Part shown: in pieces, positions 44,990 to 59,042 of the stretch
How positions within the stretch are numbered: position 1 is the first letter of the stretch
Layout: the number at the start of each line of letters is the position of its first letter
Assembly: GCA_964016885.1 (NCBI GenBank)
Contig: OZ024747.1
Location: 88,846,001 to 88,910,000, forward strand
Direction: 5' to 3'
Length of the DNA: 64,000 bases
DNA from: Eledone cirrhosa
Lineage: Eukaryota
Program-made: the position numbers and the translations under genes
Notes under the pieces: generated by a model
Seen by the model: only the letters and a program-made list of their open reading frames with translations
Told to the model about the DNA's origin: nothing
Database searches by the model: none

Positions 44990-47900
44990 AGCTAACAAGG
45001 AGACCCAATCAATAGTCAGATCCATTGGCCTCCCAGATAGGCCAGTATACATACTAGCAAGGAGATCAAGTCAATAGTCAGATCCACTGACCTCCCAGAT
45101 AGGCCAGGTATATATACATACTAGCAAGGAGATCAAGTCAATAGTCGGATCCACTGGCCAGGATATATACATACTAGCAAGTCAATAGTTAGATCCACTG
45201 ACCTCCCAGATAGGCCAGGATATATACATACTAGCAAGGAGATCAAGTCAATAGTCAGATCCACTGGCCAGGATATATACATACTAGCAAGGAGATCAAA
45301 TCAATAGTCAGATCCACTGGCCAGGATATATACATACTAGCAAGGAGATCAAGTCAATAGTCAGATCCACTGGCCAGGATATATACATACTAGCAAGGAG
45401 ATCAAGTCAATAGTCAGATCCACTGGCCAGGATATATACATACTAGCAAGGAGATCAAGTCAATAGTCAGATCCACTGGCCAGGATATATACATACTAGC
45501 AAGGAGATCAAATCAATAGTCAGATCCACTGGCCAGGATATATACATACTAGCAAGGAGATCAAGTCAATAGTCAGATCCACTGGCCAGGATATATACAT
45601 ACTAGCAAGGATATCAAGTCAATAGTCAGATCCACTGGCCAGGATATATACATACTAGCAAGGAGATCAAGTCAATAGTCAGATCCACTGGCCAGGATAT
45701 ATACATACTAGCAAGGAGATCAAGTCAATAGTCAGATCCACTGGCCAGGATATATACATACTAGCAAGGAGATCAAGTCAATAGTCAGATCCACTGGCCA
45801 GGATATATACATACTAGCAAGGAGATCAAGTCAATAGTCAGATCCACTGGCCAGGATATATACATACTAGCAAGGAGATCAAGTCAATAGTCAGATCCAC
45901 TGGCCAGGATATATACATACTAGCAAGGAGATCAAGTCAATAGTCAGATCCACTGGCCAGGATATATACATACTAGCAAGGAGATCAAGTCAATAGTCAG
46001 ATCCACTGGCCAGGATATATACATACTAGCAAGGAGATCAAGTCAATAGTCAGATCCACTGGCCAGGATATATACATACTAGCAAGGAGATCAAGTCAAT
46101 AGTCAGATCCACTGGCCAGGATATATACATACTAGCAAGGAGATCAAGTCAATAGTCAGATCCACTGGCCAGGATATATACATACTAGCAAGGAGATCAA
46201 GTCAATAGTCAGATCCACTGGCCAGGATATATACATACTAGCAAGGAGATCAAGTCAATAGTCAGATCCACTGGCCAGGATATATACATACTAGCAAGGA
46301 GATCAAGTCAATAGTCAGATCCACTGGCCAGGATACATACATACTAGCAAGGAGATCAAGTCAATAGTCAGATCCACTGGCCAGGATATATACATACTAG
46401 CAAGGAGATCAAGTCAATAGTCAGATCCACTGGCCAGGATATATACATACTAGCAAGGAGATCAAGTCAATAGTCAGATCCACTGGCCAGGATATATACA
46501 TACTAGCAAGGAGATCAAGTCAATAGTCAGATCCACTGGCCAGGATATATACATACTAGCAAGGAGATCAAGTCAATAGTCAGATCCACTGGCCAGGATA
46601 TATACATACTAGCAAGGAGATCAAGTCAATAGTCAGATCCACTGGCCAGGATATATACATACTAGCAAGATCAAGTCAATAGTCAGATCCACTGGCCAGG
46701 ATATATACATACTAGCAAGGAGATCAAGTCAATAGTCAGATCCACTGGCCAGGATATATACATACTAGCAAGGAGATCAAGTCAATAGTCAGATCCACTG
46801 GCCAGGATACATACATACTAGCAAGGAGATCAAGTCAATAGTCAGATCCACTGGCCAGGATATATACATACTAGCAAGATCAAGTCAATAGTCAGATCCA
46901 CTGGCCAGGATATATACATACTAGCAAGGAGATCAAGTCAATAGTCAGATCCACTGGCCAGGATATATACATACTAGCAAGGAGATCAAGTCAATAGTCA
47001 GATCCACTGGCCAGGATATATACATACTAGCAAGATCAAGTCAATAGTCAGATCCACTGGCCAGGATATATACATACTAGCAAGGAGATCAAGTCAATAG
47101 TCAGATCTACTGGCCAGGATATATACATACTAGCAAGATCAAGTCAATAGTCAGATCCACTGGCCAGGATATATACATACTAGCAAGGAGATCAAGTCAA
47201 TAGTCAGATCCACTGGCCAGGATACATACATACTAGCAAGGAGATCAAGTCAATAGTCAGATCCACTGGCCAGGATATATACATACTAGCAAGATCAAGT
47301 CAATAGTCAGATCCACTGGCCAGGATACATACATACTAGCAAGGAGATCAAGTCAATAGTCAGATCCACTGGCCAGGATATATACATACTAGCAAGGAGA
47401 TCAAGTCAATAGTCAGATCCACTGGCCAGGATATATACATACTAGCAAGATCAAGTCAATAGTCAGATCCACTGGCCAGGATATATACATACTAGCAAGG
47501 AGATCAAGTCAATAGTCAGATCCACTGGCCAGGATATATACATACTAGCAAGGAGATCAAGTCAATAGTCAGATCCACTGGCCAGGATATATACATACTA
47601 GCAAGGAGATCAAGTCAATAGTCAGATCCACTGGCCAGGATATATACATACTAGCAAGGAGATCAAGTCAATAGTCAGATCCACTGGCCAGGATATATAC
47701 ATACTAGCAAGGAGATCAAGTCAATAGTCAGATCCACTGGCCAGGATACATACATACTAGCAAGGAGATCAAGTCAATAGTCAGATCCACTGGCCAGGAT
47801 ATATACATACTAGCAAGGAGATCAAGTCAATAGTCAGATCCACTGGCCAGGATATATACATACTAGCAAGATCAAGTCAATAGTCAGATCCACTGGCCAG

Positions 47901-49847
47901 GATACATACATACTAGCAAGGAGATCAAGTCAATAGTCAGATCCACTGGCCAGGATATATACATACTAGCAAGGAGATCAAGTCAATAGTCAGATCCACT
48001 GGCCAGGATATATACATACTAGCAAGGAGATCAAGTCAATAGTCAGATCCACTGGCCAGGATATATACATACTAGCAAGGAGATCAAGTCAATAGTCAGA
48101 TCCACTGGCCAGGATACATACATACTAGCAAGGAGATCAAGTCAATAGTCAGATCCACTGGCTAGGATATATACATACTAGCAAGATCAAGTCAATAGTC
48201 AGATCCACTGGCCAGGATATATACATACTAGCAAGATCAAGTCAATAGTCAGATCCACTGGCCAGGATATATACATACTAGCAAGGAGATCAAGTCAATA
48301 GTCAGATCCACTGGCCAGGATATATACATACTAGCAAGGAGATCAAGTCAATAGTCAGATCCACTGGCCAGGATATATACATACTAGCAAGGAGATCAAG
48401 TCAATAGTCAGATCCACTGGCCAGGATATATACATACTAGCAAGGAGATCAAGTCAATAGTCAGATCCACTGGCCAGGATATATACATACTAGCAAGGAG
48501 ATCAAGTCAATAGTCAGATCCACTGGCCAGGATACATACATACTAGCAAGGAGATCAAGTCAATAGTCAGATCCACTGGCCAGGATATATACATACTAGC
48601 AAGGAGATCAAGTCAATAGTCAGATCCACTGGCCAGGATATATACATACTAGCAAGATCAAGTCAATAGTCAGATCCACTGGCCAGGATACATACATACT
48701 AGCAAGGAGATCAAGTCAATAGTCAGATCCACTGGCCAGGATATATACATACTAGCAAGGAGATCAAGTCAATAGTCAGATCCACTGGCCAGGATACATA
48801 CATACTAGCAAGGAGATCAAGTCAATAGTCAGATCCACTGGCCAGGATATATACATACTAGCAAGGAGATCAAGTCAATAGTCAGATCCACTGGCCAGGA
48901 TACATACATACTAGCAAGGAGATCAAGTCAATAGTCAGATCCACTGGCCAGGATATATACATACTAGCAAGGAGATCAAGTCAATAGTCAGATCCACTGG
49001 CCAGGATACATACATACTAGCAAGGAGATCAAGTCAATAGTCAGATCCACTGGCCAGGATATATACATACTAGCAAGGAGATCAAGTCAATAGTCAGATC
49101 CACTGGCCAGGATATATACATACTAGCAAGATCAAGTCAATAGTCAGATCCACTGGCCAGGATACATACATACTAGCAAGGAGATCAAGTCAATAGTCAG
49201 ATCCACTGGCCAGGATATATACATACTAGCAAGATCAAGTCAATAGTCAGATCCACTGGCCAGGATATATACATACTAGCAAGATCAAGTCAATAGTCAG
49301 ATCCACTGGCCAGGATATATACATACTAGCAAGGAGATCAAGTCAATAGTCAGATCCACTGGCCAGGATACATACATACTAGCAAGGAGATCAAGTCAAT
49401 AGTCAGATCCACTGGCCAGGATATATACATACTAGCAAGGAGATCAAGTCAATAGTCAGATCCACTGGCCAGGATACATACATACTAGCAAGGAGATCAA
49501 GTCAATAGTCAGATCCACTGGCCAGGATATATACATACTAGCAAGGAGATCAAGTCAATAGTCAGATCCACTGGCCAGGTATATATACATACTAGCAAGG
49601 AGATCAAGTCAGATCCACTGGCCAGGATATATACATACTAGCAAGGAGATCAAGTCAATAGTCAGATCCACTGGCCAGGATACATACATACTAGCAAGGA
49701 GATCAAGTCAATAGTCAGATCCACTGGCCAGGATATATACATACTAGCAAGGAGATCAAGTCAATAGTCAGATCCACTGGCCAGGATATATACATACTAG
49801 CAAGGAGATCAAGTCAATAGTCAGATCCACTGGCCAGGATATATACA
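44990..49847. repeat. 53-bp satellite, about 90 units (4.8 kb), in SLCO intron 2
   Basis: TACTAGCAAGGAGATCAAGTCAATAGTCAGATCCACTGGCCAGGATATATACA, with a 50-bp variant (3-bp deletion) and a T>C variant. Confidence 0.97.
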
Positions 49848-52450
49848 TTCTCATACTCTATACTGTGCACTTAGTATGTTTTATCATGTTTTATCATTAC
49901 AGCAGCATTAGAGAGGTTGACTTTGACATAACTGAAAAGTTCCCTGACCCTATTTTGGCAAGTTTTTTTATGACTAGATGCCCTTCATATCACCAAACAC
50001 ATTGTGTACTAAGAGTGTTTTATCATGGCACCCACAACTAAAGAGTTTTTCTGACACTATTTTAAACAAGTTTTCTATAGCTGGATGCCCTTCATAACAC
50101 CAAACACTTTACTATATACATGGTGTGGCACCAACATTAGAGAGATTATTGGGCCCTTGCCACATCTGAAGAGGCCTATTGGCCCTTTTTATATTATAAT
50201 AAATTTTTTTATTTACCCTCATGTGGTATATTTGACTTTCATTATTACGAGGTTGATAAAATAAAGTACCAGTAATGCACTAGGGTCAATTTAATCGACT
50301 TTGCCTTTCTCTTCAAATTGCTAGCCTTATACCAAAAGTAGAAATAATTATCATTATCATTATCATGTATTGTCCATCTGTATAGTCCATAAGTATAGTT
50401 AAACATCATAATATGAGTGTGTGAATAACTCACCTACAAACATTACTATCTTGAACTATTGGTAGTCCAGGTGTGAGTGTGCTTTTCATAGTTTTTGACA
50501 GGTTATCTTTTTGGCTGTTTGCCCTACCTAACACCAACCACTTAATTCCTTTCATGGCTGTATTTCCACTGAAATACATCCTATTTTAATTAATTAGTGC
50601 TTATGTGAACTTTGACTGAGAAGACTTATAATCTAAAACATTCCAGCTGTGACCAACATATTTTTCAGTCAGGACCACATTATCCAATGTATCCTTTCTT
50701 CCTTCTTTTTTAAAGATAGTAATGAAGGATTTGAAGGAGATTTGTCTGCTATTTCTAACAGGTCGAGGTGTACAGAAGCTCTCAAAATGAGTCAACATTG
50801 AATTTTAACACCCTGTCTGTGAAGCCCAGTTTGGGTTGGCATGATGAAAATATGATTAAAAACTATATATATATATATAACAGATGAAATAAAGATACAA
50901 TTGCAATTATTGAAACTTGCCAAACCATGTCAATCCTATTGGCATCTGTAAATAAATATAAAAATGGTACATGGTAGAAAAGAAAAAGCCAGAAAAAATA
51001 TGTGCAGTGGTGTTTATTTATGGAAATAAATGGAGAAAAAATTAAACTGCACATACAGCAAATATGCTGAAGGAAACATTTATTCTGCTGATGCAGGAAT
51101 TTGTTTAAAAATACACAACGAAAAGTGATGTGTGAGAATGTACTGGTTCCCTCTATTGCTGAAAGTCAATGGAATGGAATGGAATAATAGCCTGTGTGAT
51201 TTAGTTGTGAAACATTATTGGATAAATAAAAATGGAACAACACTGCTCTGTCAGCACCATTAGCAGTTGCAACAGATATTGTGTTCACAGTTTACATACA
51301 TGTGTACATAATACATACCCACATACACATATACACACATAGATGCATATACATACACACACAGGTGCACATATACACACACACACACACTCACATGCAT
51401 GCACACAAGCATGTGCACACACACACACATACATATGTGAGGTATCCGGAGATATAAGGTGAAAGAAAAAAAATGCTCAATCTAGTTGAAGAGAACTTAT
51501 TTAATATTCAACACTTAACATGCAAGTGCTAACTGGACCCTGAAACCAAAGGTAACACATACATTTTAAGTGTTTGTACATTACTAAAAACTATATCATT
51601 ATCATCACCGTTTAACATCCATTTTTCCACGATAGCATGGGTTAGATGAGTTGCCTCATTGTGAGACAAGCCAGATCAGATGACCCATGTCTTGTTCATA
51701 CAGAACTGGTTTGGGCTTCATTTCTATGGCTGGATGCCCATCCTAACACTAACCACATTTACAGTGTGTACTGGGTACTTTTTGCCGTGTCAGCTACATG
51801 ACCACTTTACAGTGTGGACTGTGTGTTTTTTGTTGTATCACTGACATGAACACTTTACAGAGTGGGCTGGGCACTTTTTATTGACCACTTTACAGTGTAT
51901 ATAAATATCTCCATGCATACATACACATATATATATTATGTATATATATGTAGGCGGTTGTGTCTTGACACTTCTGTGAATTGCAATTCAACTGAAAACT
52001 TTGCTGGATACAATTAGGTAAAATGGAATAACATTATTTATTCAAAGCTGAGTCTGCATGAGTAGTTATTGGAGCTTCTTATCCTCAGTCTTCAGTTGTC
52101 TGAACTCTGATAATGAGAAATTCTGATTAGTGGCCTGAGGAGACTCACCTCTAATTAGTCAGACGCTTTGACGCATAGAGTTACGGTCCTTTATGATCTG
52201 AGTTCAAATCTCGCCGAGGTTAACTTTACCTTTCATTCTTACGGGATCGATAAAATAAAGTACCAGTCACGCACTGAGTCGATTTAATCGACTTTCCCCT
52301 CCTCAAAAAATTGTTGGCCTTGTGCCTATATAAGAAACAATTATATAAAACAACACCAAATTTCAGCAGCAGCAAATAAAAACATTGAAATAATAAAGTA
52401 AGCTTTATTCCATCGTTAAGTTTTTCTGTTTTTTTTCTGTTCAAATTCTA

Positions 52451-52510
52451 GCTGTCTGATGAGATCATAGCTATTTCATAATGGTTATCACCGAAATATA
52501 TATAACACCA
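52451..52510 (+). ncRNA. Minimal type I hammerhead-like motif
   Basis: gcTGT-CTGATGA-gatcATAGCTAT ttcata ATGGTTATcacc-GAAA-TATATATA-ACAcc. Stem III is a short palindrome and stem I is weak; a (TA)n tract begins about 56 nt downstream. Confidence 0.55.
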
Positions 52511-52618
52511 ACTATGAATAAACAAAGTTAATTTTAACCTGTTGACTTACACTTCTCGTTTATATATATATATAAATATATATATATAAATATATATATA
52601 TAAATATATATATATATA

Positions 52619-52657
<39 letters not shown>

Positions 52658-54690
52658 GAAACCCTCTCTAGAGACCTGCTTTAACGAAAACCAAGGCTTA
52701 CCTTATTTCTAGCAGTCTTACAACATGCTGGGTAGTCATAAATATGTGTGTGCTTGCAAGCATGTTATTGCATGTGTGAATCTGTATGTTTGGACTTGTG
52801 TATGCGTTGTACTTTGTACATATACATATTTTCACATGTCTATATGTATGTATGAATGTCAAAGGGAAGAGGAACTCGGGAGAGTCGATGGTCATCCAAT
52901 AACATTTTTTTTCTTTTTGTGGAGTGAGAGACTCCTAGTCTTCATTAAGACATCTCTCTAGGAGAAGGTCACTCTCATATAAAACCTTCGACATCGTTTG
53001 TATCCAATGATGTAGACTAGTTCTTCTCTTAGGGCAAATGCATTTGATGTTCAGAGAGTGGGATTGGCCCCGTTCAAAGCCTTTCCTCAGTTAAAAAAGC
53101 TTCAAGCACAGGCATCGCTTGATATGTGATATATTTTGAGATGCATGGTATTGCTGGCCATAGGCAAGTCCCTAGCGAGACTAAAAAGCCATGGCATTAT
53201 TCAGAATTGAGTTGCAGCCATCATCATCATGTATGTATGTATCTCTATATCCTACAGGCTAAATCTTTAGGAATGTTTAATATGTTTTTAACTATGTTGT
53301 TTGTATATGTGAGAGAAAGAAAGATAATAGACTCTTTCGATTTGATAGTCACTTCAAATTTCCAAAGTTGTGAACTTGTGAAGCTAGCAATGTTTATCAT
53401 GGTTCTCAAATCCATCAGTCTTTTGACTGTTGCTGGTTTGTCATTTGGTGCCATAGTCATAAATAATAGGGACAATACACAGTGTCTGTCTATCCCTTTC
53501 ATGTTATTTCAGTGGCTGTGTAAACTTCGCTGTTTTCATTTAAATATTTATAAATTACATACTGCTTGTCATCATCACCATCATCATCACCACCACCATC
53601 ACCATCATAACCACCACAACCACCATCACCATCATCACCACAACCACCACATCCACCACCACCACCATCACCATCATAACCACCACAACCACCATCACCA
53701 TCATCACCACAACCACCACCACCACCACCATCACCATCATAACCACCACAACCACCACCACTACCACCATCACCATCATAACCACCACAACCATCATCAT
53801 CATCATAACCACCACCACCTTCATCATCATCATAACCACCATCATCATCATCATCATAACCACCACCACCATCACCACCATCACCATCACCACCATCACT
53901 ATCACCACCATCATCACCCCTACCACCTCTACCACCACCATCATCATCAACACCACCACTACCACCATTTAATGTTTATTTTCCATGTCTGCTGGGTTAG
54001 ACAAGTTATGTTCATATGTTCAGTTATGTTCTTTACTTAGTTTCTATGGCTAGATACCTTTACTAACACCAACCACTTTGCAGCATGTACTGGTAGGATT
54101 TTTCATGTCACCAGCTCTACCTACCTTACAGAGGTAGAACAACAACAACAACAACAACAACAAAAACAACAGCCTCATTTCTAGATCGATATGTGTAGAG
54201 TCAGTATTGCCTAGTGGATTATGTATAGGATTGACAGAATAATGAGTTCAAATTCATTGTAGGTGTTTCTGTATGTTTTTTGGGGACAAGACATTTTATT
54301 CTATACGCCACAGTTTATAGAGAAAATAGGGAGAATATATTGCAAAACCTCTGAGAAATGTAACCAGATTAACCCTTTAGCAATTAAACCAACTGTATCT
54401 GGCCAGGATTCTCTCACTTCTTTCTGTTCAAACTGGTCATAACTAGCCACTCATACTTATGTTAAGGCATTGTTCTCAAAATAAATAGATAAAATAAAAC
54501 ATGTTTAACCCTTTAACATTTACATTACTCTATACAATTGTATTTTTATGGTAAAGGTTTTATCTCATAATATCGGATCTATAATATTTTGATGTTATTT
54601 ATCTTGAGAACAATACCTTAACATCAGTATGAGTGGCCAGTTTTGACTAGTTTTAATAGAAAGAGGTGAGAAAATTCTGGCCAGATATAT

Positions 54691-55601
54691 AATATAATGA
54701 AATTATTGTGTACAGTGCTCAGGTGCACTACAACTCATCAAAGGTGCATGTATAGTACATAGAATAATGTACAAATGTCAGGAAAATAAACAGTGTATGA
54801 GTCATGATATAATAACAATAACAATAATGAAATATTGTGCACAGTGCCCAGGTGCACCACAACCCATCAAAAAAGTGCATGTACAGTACATAGGGCAATG
54901 CACAAACATCAGTAAAATGAACAGTGCACACATGTGTGCATGTGTATGGAAGGGGCACATCAGGTGTAGTTTTGGCGTATTTCGGGAAGCATGAGTGTCT
55001 TAAAGGATGCAGTGTCTCGGCAGCTAACAATTGACGCAGGCAGTTTGTTCCATGTTTCAGCAACTCTGAGCGTGAAAAAATGTCTGCGAAAGTCATGGGA
55101 GCTGTGCTGTTTTCTTATCTTGTAGGCATGTCCACGTGTGTTAGATACATGGAGATCAAAGAGGCGCTCAGGGTTGCAGTTGGCGAGATGGTTAAAAACT
55201 TTGTGGGTATTCACCAAGTCCACTGCCAGACGTCGGAGCTTCAATGAATCCATGCCCAGGGAAGCAAGGCGTTCAGAGTATGGTAGGTGTCTGATGGAGG
55301 GTATGCGCTTGGTTGCACGTCTCTGAACAGTTTCCAGGAGGTCAATGTTCCGAGCAAGATAGGGGTTCCAGACTGATGATGCGAATTCCAAGTGTGGTCG
55401 CACCATAGCTGTATACAGTTTTAAATAGATGGCTGGAGAGCGGCTAACAAAGGTCTTGCTGAGTGATGCCAAGACACCCTCGGCCTTCTTGACAATCTTA
55501 GAGACATGCTTTGTCCAACGCAAATCGTTGCTGACAGTAATGCCCAGGTCACGTTCACAAGAGGACTTTTTGATGTCAGTGTTGATGTCAGTTTTGATGT
55601 C
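54691..55601 (-). mobile_element. CR1/L2-group LINE 3' fragment with two tandem 3' tails, inserted into a MITE
   Basis: ORF 54960-55523 (VRPHLEFASSVWNPY...LETVQRRATK...TRGH...FFTLRV..WN.LP) is a CR1-type RT C-terminus. Putative target-site duplication AGATAT at 54683-54688 and 55603-55608. Confidence 0.9.
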
Positions 55602-55837
55602 AAGATATGGCCAGTTTAAATACTAAAGGGTTAAACAAAATCTCTTCACTGAAATACACTTCTGCTATCGTATAATAAGGTCATTTATGCCATTTCTATA
55701 ATATTCACTATCCCTAGAATCAATAAACTGTTTAAAGGTTTCTTCTTAGCTGCTATATCTTAGAACTGGTTATTCTTTGTATAGCTGTCAAGGTCTTTGA
55801 AAATATAATATTCGGTAGGAGGGATGTCAAGAGAATA

Positions 55838-56500
55838 TACAGAGTGAGGCAAAACTTTGAGTCCCAAATTGTTCAATTTTGATTATGTTATCCTTGCCAT
55901 ATGAGGGTGAGCATTATCATGGAGAAAAATTAAGCCATGTCTGTTGACTAAGGCGGGCTGTTTTGTGTACTATTTTCTGTGCATTTCATCTAAGTATTGA
56001 CAATATTTTAAGGTTGTAATTATTTCTCCAACTATAGTGGACTATTTCTTCAACAATCCACCAGACTGTCACCATGTATATTTCTTTCCTGATACAACTC
56101 AGGTTTTAGGAAATGTTTTATTGCTTTGATCTTGTCAAGCTATTAGCCAGATCTCCTTGTATTGTTATAGAGAATCCACTTTTATCATACATTATGATGC
56201 ATTTGAGGGATGAGTAATTTTCAGACTTTAGCAGCAAGGTTAAACCAAACTTGTGTTGTATTTTCTGGAATCCCTTTATCCATCTTTTTCTTTTCAATTT
56301 TTCTCAAGTGTCTAGAAATGGTTGATTTAAATTTTCAATTACTTCATACAAGCTTACAGACTGATGTTCATGGTTGTGTCTCTCTAGCTTTCCTCGGGGT
56401 ATTGCCATCAGGGGTTTGCTTCCTCTCTATATACTTAATAAAGCCATCAAGGTTTTCTTCACCCTATCAAAACCTTTCAAACCACATCTGTACTGTGCAA
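55838..56500 (-). pseudogene. Decayed mariner transposase fossil
   Basis: Minus strand gives FLHDNAHPHMA at about 55895-55928 and a frameshifted D.KWILYNN at about 56161-56187, matching the mariner HDNARPH and DEKW catalytic motifs. Boundaries are approximate. Confidence 0.7.
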
Positions 56501-56529
56501 ACACCAACTGAACCTTCACTAAATTGATT

Positions 56530-56771
56530 AACCATTTGGTTATTAATTTCATTAACAGATTGTTTTGTTGGTAAAAGGACTGAAACACTTGTCAGAATTG
56601 ACAGAGGTTCAACACAAAACACACATCTTCCTCTCCTAATTCTATGGAATACACAACCATTTGGTTATTAATTTCATTAACAGACTGTTTGGTTGGTAAA
56701 AGAACTGGGACAGTTGTTGTCAGAATTGACTTAGGTTCAACACAACAGACATTTTCCTCTCCTAATTCTAT
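56530..56771. repeat. Tandem duplication of about 125 bp
   Basis: AACCATTTGGTTATTAATTTCATTAACAGA...TCCTCTCCTAATTCTAT occurs twice. Confidence 0.85.
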
Positions 56772-58877
56772 TCCCATTCTTCAACTCTATATTGAAGACT
56801 GGACTGACATGATGGAACTTCCAGTCACAAAGTAACAAATACAAGAGAAAAAAAACAAAAGAAAACCAAAACTTAAAAAGTTCTATAGAAATATATTTAC
56901 TTAAGAACTAAATGTTGATACAGAAGCAGAATGACTCATTAGCTGTGTAAATTTATTTTATACAACTTCCCCACCATCTGACTCTGGGATATTAAGGGAT
57001 TACTAATAATACATACTGCCTGGGTCCCAATTTAGTATTCCGAACTGCCAACCACCGCAACCACCACTACCACTGCTATCATCACCACAACCACCACCAC
57101 CACTGCTACCACCACCACAACCACCAAAACAACAATCACCACTGCAACAAGAAGTATAAGAGCAACAACATTAGTGACAATTTTAGACCAATGACAACCA
57201 AAGAAGCAACAGTAACAACAACTACTACTACTACTACTGCTACTACTACTGAGAGAGAGAGGGAAATAGCAACATTCATAACAACAAGAGCAGCAGCAGT
57301 ATTAGCAACAACAACAGTAACAATAACGGCTGCAACAACAACTACAGAAAAGAGCAACAATCACAACAGCAACAACAATCACAACAAAAACAATAAACAC
57401 AACAACACCAATCACAACAGCAACAACAACAAATATGACAAAAAAGAAAGACTAGCTACAAGAACCATGTATTAATAATTTTCAATAAGATAATAAAGAT
57501 ATTTTATAGCCAGATATCTTTATCAGATATAGTATGAGTCAGTTTATACTGTGGTCTATTATAGTCTCACATACAATATACTGTGATTAGTCACTTGGTA
57601 GATGGCTTTACTAGTTTACATTACTGCAAGAATGTATTGTTGTTGTTGGTGTTCTCATATCTCTGTTCCAACTGTGATGATCCTTATCATTATATCTAGG
57701 ACTATATTTGATGTCTTTTGAAGGAATTTGGCTGGTTTATTTTTAGCAAATTGAGCAGCCATTTAGAAGCTCCTTTAGGTGGTTGGTAATTGGAAGGGCA
57801 TTCAACTGTAGAAATCATGTTAAAAAAGGGTTGAGAGGACCCTTCTGTTGTGTCAAGGGCATGACAACTTCTCTAGGTTGGTGACACTATAAATGCACCG
57901 AATGCACTCTGTAAAGTGGTTGGTGATAGGAACAGGATCAAGCTGTAGAAAACTTGCCAAACAAAGTTTGGGGGAGACCCTTCAGTTGTGTCAAGGGTAT
58001 AACAGTCTCCCTAGTGTTGATGATCTACATGATAAACACACCCACTACACACTGTAAAGTTGTTGGTGATAGGAAGGGGATCCAGCTGTAGAAAACTTGC
58101 TAAACAAAGGGTCTGGAAGACTGTATCAAAGACATGACAGCCTCTCTAGTGTTGATGTCTTGGTAAAATGCACCTGGTACACTCTTTAGAGTTTGTGAAT
58201 CTATGTAAGCGAGTTGTGGGATCCCATGCCCATCTGAGAAGTCAATAGCTCTGATTGAATACTGACTTGGACTGTGAAATCCTGTCTAACTCTGGTTAGC
58301 AGGGAAAATGGACATTAAACAATGATGATGATGATGACTAAGTGATCACCATCATCATCCTTCTCTTCCTCATTATCCTTCTCCTCTTCATCACCATCAC
58401 CATCACCATTTTATGTCTATTTTCTATGCTTGAATGTGTTAGATGAGTTACCACATTCAGAGGTTAGACAACTTCATCTCATTCATATATTCCATTTTGG
58501 TATGGTTTCTACAACTCACAATTCTTCCTAATGTGAAGCAATTCATGGCATTTACTGAGTGTGTTTCTCTTGTGGCTCTGCTACTACCGCCTAACAGGGT
58601 GGACTGGGTGCTTTTTATCATGGCACTAGCACCACCACAACTTTACAGAACAGGTTGGGTGCTTTATCATAGCACCAGCACACACTGTATTTGTACTTTA
58701 AGAGTGAGTTGTTATAATATATTAGACATGTTAAAAGTTAGTAATCCATCAGTTTCATTCTTTTTCCTCTAACTCATAATTTTCCCTACAAAATCTATTA
58801 AAACACAAGAAACCACCTTTTCCCTCAAATGTTTGACATTAGTTTATGAATAAATGTTCTTATTCTTCTATTTCTAG

Positions 58878-59042
58878 ATATACCAAAATCTATTTGGCTT
58901 CTTCTAAAGAATTCCATTTACCTCATCACCTGCCTCGGTATATGTTGTGAGTTCTCAATTGTCAGTGGATTTGTTACTTTCCTGCCAAAATATTTTGAAA
59001 CCCAATTTGGAAGTTCTACCTCAGTCGCTAATCTTTTTACAG
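58878..59042 (+). CDS. SLCO/OATP coding exon 3 (165 nt)
   Basis: TTTCTAG acceptor and G|GTGAGT donor. Reads (D)IPKSIWLLLKNSIYLITCLGICCEFSIVSGFVTFLPKYFETQFGSSTSVANLFT, including the conserved FLPKY.E.QF motif. Not in the ORF track. Confidence 0.93.

Noticed and set aside
37620-49847. CRISPR-like appearance of the 37/40-bp and 53-bp arrays
   Set aside because: The units are contiguous with no unique spacers, there are no cas genes, and the context is a eukaryotic intron.
53126-54040. Poly-histidine ORF of 304 aa
   Set aside because: A CAT/CAC repeat expansion next to a SINE tail inside an intron; the N-terminal part resembles no protein.
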